Shown here piece by piece: positions 13,235-25,632 of a stretch of 40,749 nucleotides of DNA. The stretch comes from Phoronis australis (lineage: Eukaryota > Animalia > Phoronida), in NCBI GenBank assembly GCA_002633005.1, contig NMRA01000200.1:172600-213348 (forward strand), given 5' to 3'. Made by a program: the position numbers and the translations under genes. Each line of letters starts with the position of its first letter. Positions within the stretch are counted from its first letter, which is position 1. The notes below the pieces were generated by a model. The model saw only the letters and a program-made list of their open reading frames with translations, did not search any database and had not been told where the DNA came from.

Positions 13235-14172
13235 GTAACATCTCTTGCATGATCAGTTGGCTGTACCCAAAGGCACCAGAATAAAGCGTGGCAAATCATG
13301 GTTGGCTGCAGCAGAGACCACAGTAGAAAGAGTGTGTGAGCTGGATTTGGTTCGTAGAGGAGAAGAATATGTGAAGGTGGATGACAATACAGCTAGCATA
13401 TTCACCAGGGTTGTCATTACTATAAGGGCCGAGAGTGTCGTAAGAGGGCAGCTTGTGCGGTTAACAGTGAAGTTCTCGAGCTGGTCTATGAAAATTGTAG
13501 TGAGGGAGATGCTGTGGTGTACACTGATGGATCGGTTAAAGGAGGAGAACTGTCTGGATGGGGCGATGTAGTCAATGTAGATGGCAAGATAGTAGCAGAA
13601 AATGGTGAGGCATACATGTATGAGCTCACGACATCTAGTATGAAGATGGAGGAGCTTGCTGCTGAAAAGGCACTTCCATGGCTACAGGAAAGCACTAATA
13701 CCTACGCAATTATTGTGACAGACTCTCAGAGCATGTTGAGAAAATTCAAAAAGGGATATCTCAAACCCGAGTGGCTGCTGCATTTACAAAATAGTAGACT
13801 GAGAAAGCTGACTTGGATATTCTCCCCTGGGCAAGCCGGGGTCGCCGGAAATGAGAAAGTTGACAAGTTAGCGGGAAATGCACCGATACAGGGCGCCCTC
13901 AGATTGGGAGAGAGTGAGATTCTCGGAGCGCTTAGAGAGGTGGGGCCACAGGAGAATGGAGATGCAATTGACAGAATGGAACTGTTTGGACATGAAAGAG
14001 GCTATGGTGTTGATATCCGGTTGCATGGCCTGGCAAGACGACTGTGTAATCGGCAGTTGGTCGGAGTGGTTAGTCAAAGGACCTTGTCTGATTTGATGAC
14101 GTGGAAAGCCGAGCATCTATGGGTCTGCCCCGAGTGTGACGACGCTGGTTCTGCACCCAAGTAATACCAAGT
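13235..14172 (+). mobile_element. 5'-truncated non-LTR retrotransposon (I-group, Ingi-like) with RNase H
   Basis: 8-bp TSD AATTGGAG (13227-13234, 14173-14180). Short CCAAGT repeat tail just after the stop. A connector region (RIKRGKSW) joins RNase H across one frameshift near 13424. Confidence 0.85.
13245..14164 (+). pseudogene. Retrotransposon ORF remnant: RNase HI domain of a non-LTR element
   Basis: Motifs VYTDGSV, SSMKMEELA, IIVTDSQS and WIFSPGQAGVAGNEKVDKLA. RT is missing and there is a frameshift upstream of the domain. Confidence 0.85.
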
Positions 14173-16227
14173 AATTGGAGTTTGTGTGTGCGGGCGGGAT
14201 TTTGTGTTTGTTGGTCAAGGATTGGAGCTTAGGGATTTAGACGCGAGATTATGGAATTGTTTACACTCCTTTTCGGGCTACTCGTGGTAAAACAATAGTT
14301 CTTGCACGCGAGCAGTCAAAATTTGGTTAAACGCACGTGAAATGAAAGCAAAAACACGTCACAGTAATTCACACAAAACTGTAAGTACGATCTCACAGCT
14401 GCTTGTCACGTCGTCAACTTTTTCAGAAGTAGAAAGTGTTAGGTTCCGTTGTCTTCACCGTTCATTATATTTTCAATATGACTAAAAAACTGAAATAATA
14501 AGCCAAATTTTACTTGTATACGACTCATTCTGATGAATTCTATATGAACTATAAGTTTGGATGAAAACATTTCTGGATGTTTTAGTGGTCACTCCGTATT
14601 ACAACGCTGGAAAATTTTTATTTGAGATGAAATAAATTTGAACATGTTTAGCTCAAACGATCAGCTTATTTGAATTGAAGGGGATTGTAACCCAAGACAC
14701 ATACAGTCGAATTTCCCTATGACTCATAACCATATAAGAAACATAAACGTCGGACTTAGATTCCCGAGTTCAGCTGTTCCAAATCCAAATAATATCTGCC
14801 TGCACCTCCCTCAGACTGGTACTACATAGACCTCCGAAGCCTTGCTGTTCCTTTATCCCAATAAATTTTCTCTGTGAGTGGTGAATTGGCGACCGAATTT
14901 CCAATACAAGCACAAAACTCGGAATTCAAGAAGATTAAATAGTTAAAGATGCTATATCTCATTAAACTGTGAATATGAAAATGAAGTATTAGTTTACAAA
15001 CAACCTCCGGTCTTCCCGAATGCTGGAAACCGAGCACTAATACCATTACAATCTCGTGAGAGTCTCGTTTTGCGAGAATACAGTATTCGATTTAAATGAA
15101 TATGGTAATATGTCATCGTTACCCTAATGGAAAAAGACACAGTTCTTATTATCTGTTCATTTCACTCCCAAATAGCGATTGCGCAATACATAGAATTACT
15201 AGGGTTTTCTATATGTACACATTTGTCAGTTCTGGTGGTTTCTTTAAAACCGCAAATTCTTTTTCCTGATTACACTTGTACCCACAGTTCTCCCTGAATT
15301 CACAAAGTGGCGTTTGCTACAAATTTAAATATTCACGGTTCTGATGAGACTTATCATCTTAACATGGCGAATTTCATTCGTGCTTTACCTTGTACACCTG
15401 TTGGAGATAAAATTTCGACCTTCAGCAAGCAACCCCTATGTCAAAGGCAAGAAATTTGTACGCAATTTAAATGATTGAGGTTACTAAAATTAGTCTTCCA
15501 CTTTTGTGTAATTTGGTTCTTCTGATAGCTCATTTTATCACTTAACCTACAATTTAATTGCAAGAACTGACGTATCTCTTGTTCGATTTTCATATTACAG
15601 TATGTGCTGCTCTTGGTTAAAGCACAAGGACTATCGGCTTTTGGCGGGAAATTTCTCATGTCTGACGGCACGTTTAGTGGCGGAAAATCTATTGGCAACT
15701 ACCGAATTTGTAGTAGGCCTACGTTAGTACCCAGCAACCCGTGGTTCTTCGATGCTAAACAACGTTATCTCACAAAACCTGAGTTTCAATGTGTTCAACT
15801 TGACATTAAATTATGTGGAGTGCGCTCATTTATTTCGTGGGCACGCGAAACAGAGCTTCGGAATTACTTCGGCAACGTCCGTTTACGAAGGTCGTTTGCA
15901 ACGTCTCAGAATTAGGTCCTTGAATTTGTAATTTTGGCGTTTTTGTCGTCAAATCACCACTCATGGGCAATTTAATGTGACCAAGTGAAAGAAGATATTC
16001 AAAGATTTGTTCAATGCTGATTTCGACTCGCGAAAACACTTCAAAGTTTGTTGGGGTTTGTCAACCCTAAAATTGCGAATTCGACAACGCATAGGCGGAG
16101 CCAGAGGAGGGGTCCAGTGAGTCCAAACATTCTTGTAGACAAGGCGTCAAACCAAAACAGGTGGAAAAATAGACGATTTCTATTCATTGTTTGTAACAGA
16201 AAATTCTCATCAGAAGCCTATCGTTTT

Positions 16228-16724
16228 TCTTGGACCTCCTCTATTATGTCGTAAAAAGCTGAATACAACCCACAAAAAGTTCAGACATCTGAATCTGAGT
16301 AGCCGAGTAGCTAATTATATTTGAATACTGCCAGTCCACTTGCATGTAGAATTCTGTGCAATTCTGGGAATTTGAGGACTTGTTGATCTTGTCTTGGACC
16401 TCCTCTATTATGTCGTAAAAAGCTGAATACAACCCACAAAAAGTTCAGACATCTGAATCTGAGTAGCCGAGTAGCTAATTATATTTGAATACTGCCAGTC
16501 CACTTGCATGTAGAATTCTGTGCAATTCTGGGAATTTGAGGACTTGTTGATCTTGTCTTGGACCTCCTCTATTATGTCGTAAAAAGCTGAATACAACCCA
16601 CAAAAAGTTCAGACATCTGAATCTGAGTAGCCGAGTAGCTAATTATATTTGAATACTGCCAGTCCACTTGCATGTAGAATTCTGTGCAATTCTGGGAATT
16701 TGAGGACTTGTTGATCTTGTCTTG
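16228..16724. repeat. Three apparently identical tandem copies of a 164-bp unit
   Basis: Units start at 16228, 16392 and 16556, with TCTTG microhomology at the junctions. The ORF track shows two identical 62-aa translations. Confidence 0.95.
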
Positions 16725-16889
16725 AACATTTACGGTGTAATTTATAAGAAAATTTCTTCTTGGGTAATAAAATGCCTGGGCTCCAAATTTCCTTTGTGTC
16801 GACAGTGTTAGGTCATATCTGCTAGAACTTCACAATGTTTCCATCGGGAGTCTGGTGACTAACAAAACTCAAATTTTGGGAATACCTTG

Positions 16890-17137
16890 GGGCCTGTTCC
16901 AAGAAACTAACTTAAGTTCATTTTTGACTTAAGTTTATGATTTGTCTTAACTTTCAAACTTTGAAACTTCCACATTAGGCAAGTAAGTCAAAATTAAGAC
17001 AAAACTTATGTCAAACACTTAAAACAAACTTAAGATCTCTTTCTTGAATTGGTTTTGAGACAAATTTAAGTTTTATTTTAAAATTTACAGAAATTTAAGA
17101 TTTGTCTTAGCTAAGTCAGTTTTGTTGGAACGGGCCC
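16890..17137. mobile_element. PIF/Harbinger-like MITE (248 bp)
   Basis: TIRs GGGCCTGTTCCAAGAAACTAACTTA / TAAGTCAGTTTTGTTGGAACGGGCCC and a 3-bp TSD TTG (16887-16889, 17138-17140). The interior is rich in CTTAAG motifs. Confidence 0.8.
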
Positions 17138-18357
17138 TTGGTTTTCTCGTCCAAATACTGACCAATACGGCAAGAACAGGTTCCACTTCACCGACGCCTG
17201 TCACATTTTGACTTGTATTAGGACAAAACTCTGTACTACTGGAATTGCTGGTTTAAAGCGAAAAGCATGGGAAGATGTTGCTCTATCTCGAAAAACCCAT
17301 TTCAATATTGCTGTGATTGAGGATTGCGTTGGCAAGCAAGATGTAGCTTCAGCATGACGTGTATTTTCCAGGGATGTTCAAGAAAATATGCTTGACGAAT
17401 ATGTCAACGAGAAAGAATTTTGTGAGTTAATACGAAACTGGTTTGATGCCAAGGACGAGCCTGCCATACCTGATGCTGAAAGATGCATCCGAAGGCTTCG
17501 ACTTAGAAAATGGCTTTTAGAAGAATTTGCAGTGAACACGTTTCCGCCACAAACCCGATATATCAGAGGCATACCGATACAGACTTTCGAGGCATTGTTG
17601 GTGCACTTGGAAAGGAAAATGCAAATTTTCCCTTTCTGCAGAAATCAAACATATAATGTTCGTGCAATAGGTTCTCAGCAGGTGGAAAACTTCTTTTCAA
17701 CATTCCGAGATATGGACTCCACTGGACAAGGGACACCAAAACCAGACTCCATTCCTCATATGATGACAGCAGTTGCAGATTTAGACAACTGCAGAATTGA
17801 CCCAAGCAGGTAAGCATGATTTAGAATCAAGCTCGTTTCCTACACATGATTAACTGTAAATTACGTGGACATATCAACTCTCATGTTTGATATTTTACAA
17901 AAGTGTTTTTTCAGTTAAAATTTTGAAGATGTGGCAACAAAACGCTCCGTGAATAAATAATGAAAAAATGTTTCAAATACCTATCCTCTGAACTGTGACG
18001 GGAAAAAAGTTTTGAGGGCAATGTAAGTGTAAATTTATTTTCACACAAGGGCTCGTATGTATAATCAAAATAGTTAGGAACTAGTTGAACTGTAAGAAAT
18101 TATATTAATTTAACAATTAGCTTGTCATGTTTTGTAAGAGGTGCCACTAAGAATTTAAATTGTTTCAAATGCATTCACGTTTACATGTTTAATCTTCTAT
18201 AAAACCCCCTACTTGGTTTCAGATCATTCTATATGTCAACCACACGAGCCGGAGTGTATCCAATGAGACAGTTTGAGTCCGATGAAACCCAAGAATGTTT
18301 TCACTACCAAACGCAAGGCATTCATTCTGCATTAGTTTCTAGTCTGATAACTCCAAG
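17138..18357 (+). pseudogene. P-element-superfamily transposase relic, spliced (17138-17809 and 18223-18357)
   Basis: FTDACHILTCIR (DxxH motif), KQDVASA*RVFS (KxxVxxAxxxFS motif, with in-frame TGA at 17355) and SQQVENFFSTFR (catalytic E region). GT-AG intron with phase 2 on both sides. Confidence 0.7.
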
Positions 18358-18826
18358 GTTAGTGTTATGTGATACACGTTAACTGTAATTGTTTTCTTAT
18401 ATACATTACTTTTTTCTGTAGTCAACTTTCTCTTTTTTCGTCTTCATCTATTCGTTATCATAATGTCGCGTATTAGTGCTGATAAAGGCACGTAAAGCAC
18501 CATTGTTTTAAAAAATATTCAAATCGTGGCATTGTCAAATAAGCAAGGTCTTCATGAGCGCCGGGTCAAAAATACCCTTCAATAAATAAACGTCCAAGCG
18601 CTTATGCGTGATATTACGGTATTTCCACTACTTTGAAAACAGTGGCAAGTGTAATGCAGCTTACAGGCTAGCGTCGAAAGCTTTAAAGGANATGAGAAAA
18701 GTTTGTTAACTTAGTTCCGAAAAGAATCGCGGTATGAAAGGATAGAGAGGTAAATTTCAAATTGGGACAAGCTTTATGATCTCTAATGACACATTTTGAT
18801 GTTATAATTATGTTTTTGTTATAAAG

Positions 18827-19010
18827 GTCGTCGATGAAGTTGTTGCAAATTTCACCGACTACGGATTCGTTAACGACATTCTCGGTCCGGTTCTGGGAGT
18901 TTTGATACTCTTGTGTATAGGCGTCTACTCTTATTTGTACTACTTGAAGCGGAAACGGAAACAGTTCGTAGATTCCCAGCAAGCTCTCGTTGTTGTTGAA
19001 AAGCCTTCCG
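18827..19010 (+). other. Orphan exon-like segment encoding a single transmembrane helix
   Basis: Bounded by AAAG| and |GTGAGC. Reads VVDEVVANFTDYGFVNDILGPVLGVLILLCIGVYSYLYYLKRKRKQFVDSQQALVVVEKPS. Confidence 0.45.
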
Positions 19011-21133
19011 GTGAGCTAATTAAATGTTGAAGTTTATATCCCTTTAATTTAAAACTCTTCATTGAATTCTGAACTTAACTATGAATGTCTGTTATATTTT
19101 CAACTGTGAGTGCCAGCAACGATTTAAAAATGGGAATTCTGAAGCTTTTCTCTGAGACAGTTGCCTATTTGGTGGACGCTACGGTGAGGACGAAAAGTCG
19201 TGACAATGTAAACAGACAAGAGTTCGGTGTAAATAGACCAAGAAATTTTAATAATAGTTGTAACACGCCACCACCTCAGAGCGGTTTTACAGTCATTGCA
19301 CTTGTTTCATACAGAACGGGCAGCAGATTGGTCTATATACCGAAAGTCGTCATCGAGACTCAGATACGTCTTAGCAGGTGCAACCAGGTGCAAAACCAGC
19401 GAAGGGACTCAAACGCAGCCTTTGTCAATAATTATAAATTTCTTTTGCAGTTCATATTAGCGCGTATCCATCTTTCGCGTGACTTGGTAATAAATCTTCA
19501 TTTGAACAAAAGAGCCAGTATGGTTCTTTCATACTGTCTAAATAGTCCTGGATTTCCTACACTTCTCTGAACTTTCCACGCCAAAATACTGCACACTGGC
19601 CAAGACAACTTTCACGAATTGTGACTATCGCTGACGTCATGCAGGCGTTTGTAAGCTTTGGTGTTCTAGCTATTTCAGGAAAGTGGTCTCTGTGTTCGGA
19701 TTGCATCGTATAGTCGATATTTTGTGTAATTAAAGATTTACTAAAATAAAGATCAACGTTCAGTTGTGTAACATCTCAAAGTAGTGTCCCAAACAATTGG
19801 TCTTCATTCAACTTCTTAGGACAAACCTTCTCCAGCCGCTCACAGAAGGTGAGAGCAATCTGACAGACTTCGCGTATTTGAATTTTTTTTAAATCGGTCC
19901 ATTTCTGATAAGCGCAAAACATTTACTGATATGAGCTGTAAACACATTTTCCAGCATCTACATGTACCAATAAAAATTCCATTTTCTGAATTTCATGGAA
20001 AGAAGATACACTTACAGGTACTTATTCGAGTAGAGTACGAAGCGGGATCATTATTGAGTGGTCTTCTACATCAACCACTCACAGCGTACTTTCAGTTATG
20101 GCTAAAATTAGCTGGGCCCCTAATGAATTACGTCAGAGGCAATTAAAATATATTGAGTGTCGAATCTTTGGTTCTTTAAAACACGTTTGAATAAAAACTT
20201 ACCTCACCCTCTTTACTTATTTCCTGGAACGCAAATTATACACCTCGGATTCGTTTCAAGACAGTGACGGAAGACTTTAGACATAAATTTGGCCTTACGC
20301 TGCCACTTCACAATTGGTGACTAATTATTCAGCCATGTAATTATGAGGGTATTACAGTCTAAAAATAACTTATAGACATTAGCTCAGTACCTAACAGCTA
20401 ATATGTGTATATTCTCTGAGTACATTTGCGATTTATTTACTTTTCAGAAATAGTTCTGCGGAGCGCCACACGACCAAACGCTTTCCATGAAAAAGACACC
20501 TGTCTCGAACCTTTCCACACCACGATAAAAATGCCATCCATACCCAGACAGACCATTTTGAGACTCGGAAAGTAAAAGAGGGTCAACATGGCTTCAATTT
20601 TGACGGATTAGTCCCGACCAACCCTTCCTCGATGAGACTGCGATCTTTTGACTCATTTTGATGGCAAAAACCAATTTCTATCGAAGCAAAGAATATGTCG
20701 ATCCAATTCGAAAAAAGTGTCTTTTAAGACACTTTTTAATTAAGTCTTATTAAAATAAGACTTAAGTAAAACTGGTCTTGCCCTCCACGTCGCTATTTCT
20801 GAACAAAGTGTACGAAATCTCAATTGAGCAAAAGTGCAGTCTCTGAAAATACGAACGTTACTGAGATCATTACCATATGACTGCTGCTCTCATATTACTT
20901 GACTGAACCTTTTCAGTGATTGTGAAGTGGGAGGATCAGACCAAACTTCTGTCTTGATTCTTAGTCACTTTCAAGAAACAAACACCAGCTTGTTAGAATT
21001 CATTGGCCTATATGTTAAGGCAATGAAGACATGACCCATGTAATTATTAAGCCAAAGGTTGGTTATGTTTTCTTTCAGATGCTGTTGAAAGAGAGGTTTG
21101 GGGCTTAAGTTCTGCTTTTGCAAAGATGAATGT

Positions 21134-21273
21134 ATAGGCGGATTTAGGAAAGAGGGGCACAGTGGTCCCGGGCAAAAATAAAACGCCGTTTGTTGGGCTT
21201 ACGCGGACATTTTTACTCAAAATTTGTAGTTGAGCCCCTTCCGCCCCTTTCGACATCCTAAACCCGCCGCTAT
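21134..21273. mobile_element. Small MITE
   Basis: Imperfect TIRs ATAGGCGGATTTAGGA / TCCTAAACCCGCCGCTAT. Confidence 0.45.
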
Positions 21274-22223
21274 CCATCTGAGCAATCTGATTTTTGTCAA
21301 CTTTTGCGAGTTGTTCAAAATGCAATAATTATTCATTGCATTCAGTTACATTTTTATTTGTCGTTGCTACCATTAACGTTTGTGTACTACTTGTTGTGGA
21401 CAACGTCTACTGATGTCAGCTATGTTGCCACGTTTCTGACCAGAGCGTGAATCGTTTATCACGAAGTTCTGCAAACTTATAACTGGGAAACAACTTTCTT
21501 AGATGGTTTTGTATTGTCAAACAAGGGAGACATCGACTGTCATGTATGAAGACTTGCGACTTTGTTTTGAAAGTGACTTAGATAATTGACATCTCCATTG
21601 TCTCATGTTAAAACAAACACCCGAGACAGTGAAGTTTTTCTGGGTCCACAGGATTACATAGCTCAAAATAAAATGATATTTTTCACAGTAAATGGCGGTG
21701 TAAGAGCGCCTGAACAAAATTGAGATTATGCAACCAGGAAGACTGGGGGCCGGGGGAGGGTGGCAATTGCTCCTTTGATTCGGAGAATATTCGGGAAAAA
21801 CATGAAAAAATTCGGGTAGCGCACCATCATTCAGTGGAAAATACAGGGAGGCCATTGTGGAAGACACGTTGATAATTTCAACAAATCCTCAATCTGTCAC
21901 GTGCTAATGCATCATTGACATCAATCTTGAAAGACAAAACAGAAATCGACCAAATACTTAACACGCCTTATGTCGCAGATTGGATATAATGGTTCATGGG
22001 GTGGGGGGTTCTTTTTCAAATTGCCGTGTAATTCGCTAGGACAATATGAGTCGCTTGACCGTTCGAAAGGAGTTTTCAAATTTTCCTCCAGACTTCATAG
22101 TGTTGTCAAGGGTTACAGAGCATTATTTTGTTTCACAGAGCTGGATCGAAAAGTCGTTTTTACTTGGCGAAATAAATTTCGCCAAGTATGTTGCTCTTCC
22201 ACTAAGTTTTTTTTTTTTTTTTT

Positions 22224-22369
22224 NNNNNNNNNNNNNNNNNNNNNNNNNNNNNNNNNNNNNNNNNNNNNNNNNNNNNNNNNNNNNNNNNNNNNNNNNNNNN
22301 NNNNNNNNNNNNNNNNNNNNNNNNNNNNNNNNNNNNNNNNNNNNNNNNNNNNNNNNNNNNNNNNNNNNN
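22224..22369. other. Assembly gap (run of N) after a poly-T tract
   Basis: Directly visible. Confidence 0.99.
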
Positions 22370-23658
22370 GTTTCCATTTAAAGGTTCAAATGCTTCTGGA
22401 GGCTACAATTTTTTACGTAAAAGGCTAAGAATCGGCACAGTAAATCGACCGGAAGTTTGCTACAAGTATACCGGAAATTGTTTACTTCCGGTTAAAGATG
22501 GCGGAAATATCGGCGATCGCGCATGCGCACCTCGATTTTGGCCTAAAAACGTTTTCTCCTCTAGAGGGCGTATTATACGACCAATTCCTTCGAATTTTTA
22601 CAGGTATTAGTTTCTTGTAACATGCTATTATACAAAGCCGAAAAACCGGAAGTTGCATTCAAGATGGCGGATATGGCGCATGTTGACCCATTTTCAGTTG
22701 TCTGGAGTGCGATTTTAAACGGAAAGAGAAAAAAACGTGATTTTTTGCATGTAGATTCTTTGAAGTATATTCTTTCAAATGGCCTGTAACAATTTTTTTC
22801 TCAGACTTACCGTTTTCGAGTTATTTGACTTTGAATTTCTTTAAAAAACGCAAAATTTCATTTTTTCGAAAAATCTACGGAATTAGGCGATACCACCAGT
22901 TTAGATAGAATTTTGAACGGGCTTTCAGAAGATGGTTTCCATTTTACGCTAGGACTTCTTCTTTTCGAGTTGTTTGAGTTTTTCTGATAACGCTGTTCCT
23001 TTGTTGAGCGCTCTTGCTGCATTGATGTTGGTTTATTTTCTATTGAACTAGACTGTAGCCCATTTCTTATTGATTTATGACATCTAAGTTCATCATATGA
23101 ATGTTGTGATGTTGTTCATCATCGCCACCACAATCATCATATTCGTCATCATCGTCATCATCTCCGTCGTTGTCTTTTCCGTTAATTTCGCCAAGTGTCG
23201 CACAAGACTGTAGCCTTTTTCTGATTTCGGACTTCTACGTTCGTCATGTGTATGTTATTATTACTTCTCTTGTTCATCCTCGCCACCATCGTCGTCATAT
23301 TCATCATCTTCGTCATCTTCTTTATCGTCATCTTTTTGGTTAATTTCGCCAAGGTTCGCTCCTCGGAGCGCTTTTATTTTTATGTTCGTCGCATACTTTT
23401 TTACCTAGTTTTTCCTTTAGTATGTGTCACGATCCTTGATGTTTCTTCATGGAATTTGGTTTATATGTTCTTATCTATACTTAATTGTCCAATCTCAGAT
23501 GATCTGAGATTGGGCAATTAAGTTATACTGCATCGTTATCTCTGGTTTAGAAGCCTGTGTAAAAGATGTGATGGAACATATCTTGTGTGTTTGTACTAGG
23601 GATGGAACAGAATTCCATACTGTTTGACAAAATCTATTGTGAAGCACATCATGTCTGA

Positions 23659-25050
23659 TTTTTATGCATCCACACACTCAAATGTGGGTGCATTATGCAT
23701 CCGTCCATCGGCTTCTCTACTCTCCAAAACCCTTTAACGTATGTTCATGAATTTGCACTAGTGTTCCTTTCATGAATGGGAGGGCATGAGCGAACTTTCG
23801 GATGGATCCATCTACCAGTGCATCCCATAGTGGTAATTTAAGTTTTTTACGTTTACCTCAGTTTGTATCTTCAAAGGTCCTCAATGGATTTTCATGAAAT
23901 TTGGCTTATAGGCATCCATTAGTGAGGTGACGCTATCCTCCCTTTTTCATATGAATTCATGGTATTTGTGCCACTTAGTGGCAATTTTATTGTTTTCGAG
24001 TCTGTTTTCTAGCGTCCGCCCTTCTGTCAACCAAACCACTGTAGGGTAAAAATTCTCATACATGTTCCTACTGGGAAGAGGATGGCTAATGATTTTCTGG
24101 TGACTTCGACTACTGTGGCATGTCCTAGTGACAGTTTTGTTTTTTCCGCTCATGGCTGTATCTCGTAAACCCTCGGCATAATCTTTATTAAATTTAGCAA
24201 GTGTATTATGAAGTTGACAACGGATGGCGATCACTTCCAGACGAATGCGACGAACGCTGTGCCCCTCAGTGGCAATTTCATTTTATATGTTTTCCTCTAT
24301 TGCTCTGAAGTTCCTTGACGAATATTTATAAGATAGGGCAAATAGCTTTCTATTAAAGAAGCAATGACATGTTCCAGTTTTCGGATGGATTCAAGTAATT
24401 TTGCATCATCTAATTGGCATTTTTACTGTTTTCTAATTTGTTTTTGGCGTTCGCCTCTTTATCAACCAAACCTGGATAATTCAGAAAATTGGCATGCATG
24501 TTTCTACTGTGAACAGGACTCCTGATGATGATTTTTGGATGACTCGAACTACTGTGGTGCCTCCTATTAGCAGGTTTTTAGTCTATAGCTGTAATCTCCC
24601 TGCAGGATCTTCATTAAATTTTGCCAAGTGTATTTATATGAAGATGGCAACAGAAAACGACAACATTTGGATGGAACCGACTCAAGCGCTAGTGGCAATT
24701 TTATCTCGTTGTCCTCTGTATGTTTGGTACTCCTTGGCAGTTTTTATGAAATTTAATAAATAAGTTTCTATTAAAGAGTCGACAGGTTCATGTTTTTGAA
24801 TATTCTCAACATATAGCTTGACTGTGTTTTATTATAAATTTTTCAAATAGTCTTCTAATAAGGAGACATTGACACCTTCTTATTTTCTGGCAGATTTGAC
24901 ACATTCTTTGATGGATTTTCGACACCTTTCCATTTTTGGATGGGTTCAGTATATTCTGAGCCATCTAATGGCCATTTTTTATGATACAAATAAACATACC
25001 TAGAAGCATAACGTTTGCAATGCAGCCTTCGGCGCATTTCAACGCTCTAC
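23659..25050 (+). mobile_element. Helentron/DINE-1-type non-autonomous rolling-circle element (HINE-like) with an internal degenerate ~145-bp tandem array
   Basis: 5' TTTTT, inverted repeat ATGCATCCAC..GTGGGTGCAT and a CCGTCC microsatellite relic. Repeated TTTCGGATGGA..GCC..TAGTGGCAATTT units. 3' hairpin TGCAGCCTTCGGCGCA. 24920-25040 is homologous to the reverse complement of 40478-40625. Confidence 0.6.
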
Positions 25051-25632
25051 GTTGCTCTTGTATGTTCATGCATCTTTGTAACTGGAAAACCTCATGATTC
25101 TTCTTTGTGAAAACAAGTAGACTACGGATCTGTTAATTTTTGGTTGCCTTGTCCTGTGGCCTTTCATGTGTCATATCTTATTTCTCTGTTGTTAATTTTG
25201 AAATCTGTTGATTTTTGCTTTGTTATAGGTAAGGTACCAACACTTTATGTAAATTATGACTATTGCAGCTATACCCTTGTGGTTAAATTGCTGTTTCTTT
25301 GTCCATTACCCGAAACTGATAAGTAAATCTTTGAAACATGATATTTGGGATACACTGTGGGTGCATAATTATCAAGTCTTTGTGTTGCACTTAGCCAAAC
25401 AAAACTAGGGCCCATTCATGTTTGCTGGTTGTTGATGCATGCTTTGTTTTACCATCCCACAGTCATGAAAATGGCTATTGTCACCTGTTCTGCCTGATAC
25501 TATGGTACAACATGTATTGCCATATGAGTGACGTAATAACTTCACTGGCTGATACATTGACTGCAGGTGTGATCCAACAAAATCCTTCTTTACGTTATTG
25601 TGAATTTGTGTACTACTTTTTTCTATTTTCAG

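Noticed and set aside
14528-14580. Hammerhead-like CTGATGA...GAAA (also CTGATGAG at ~15341 and CTGAAGA at ~3427)
   Set aside because: Stems I and III and the cleavage triplet do not form properly.
16228-16724. CRISPR-like array
   Set aside because: Head-to-tail identical units with no unique spacers, no cas genes and a eukaryotic context.
19085-19570. 161-aa ORF as a standalone gene
   Set aside because: No recognisable domain and no supporting promoter or splice context.
19390-20300. Decayed minus-strand spliced gene, with a faint TIR-domain resemblance near 19400-19550
   Set aside because: Several stops and required frameshifts. The longest clean stretch is about 70 codons and the motifs are not convincing without a search.
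21970-22428. ORFs of 84-152 aa
   Set aside because: Artefacts of reading through poly-T and the N gap.
23100-23521. Hydrophobic 91-aa ORF as a membrane protein
   Set aside because: Arises from (CAT/CGT/CTT)n microsatellite-like tracts at the heads of repeat elements.
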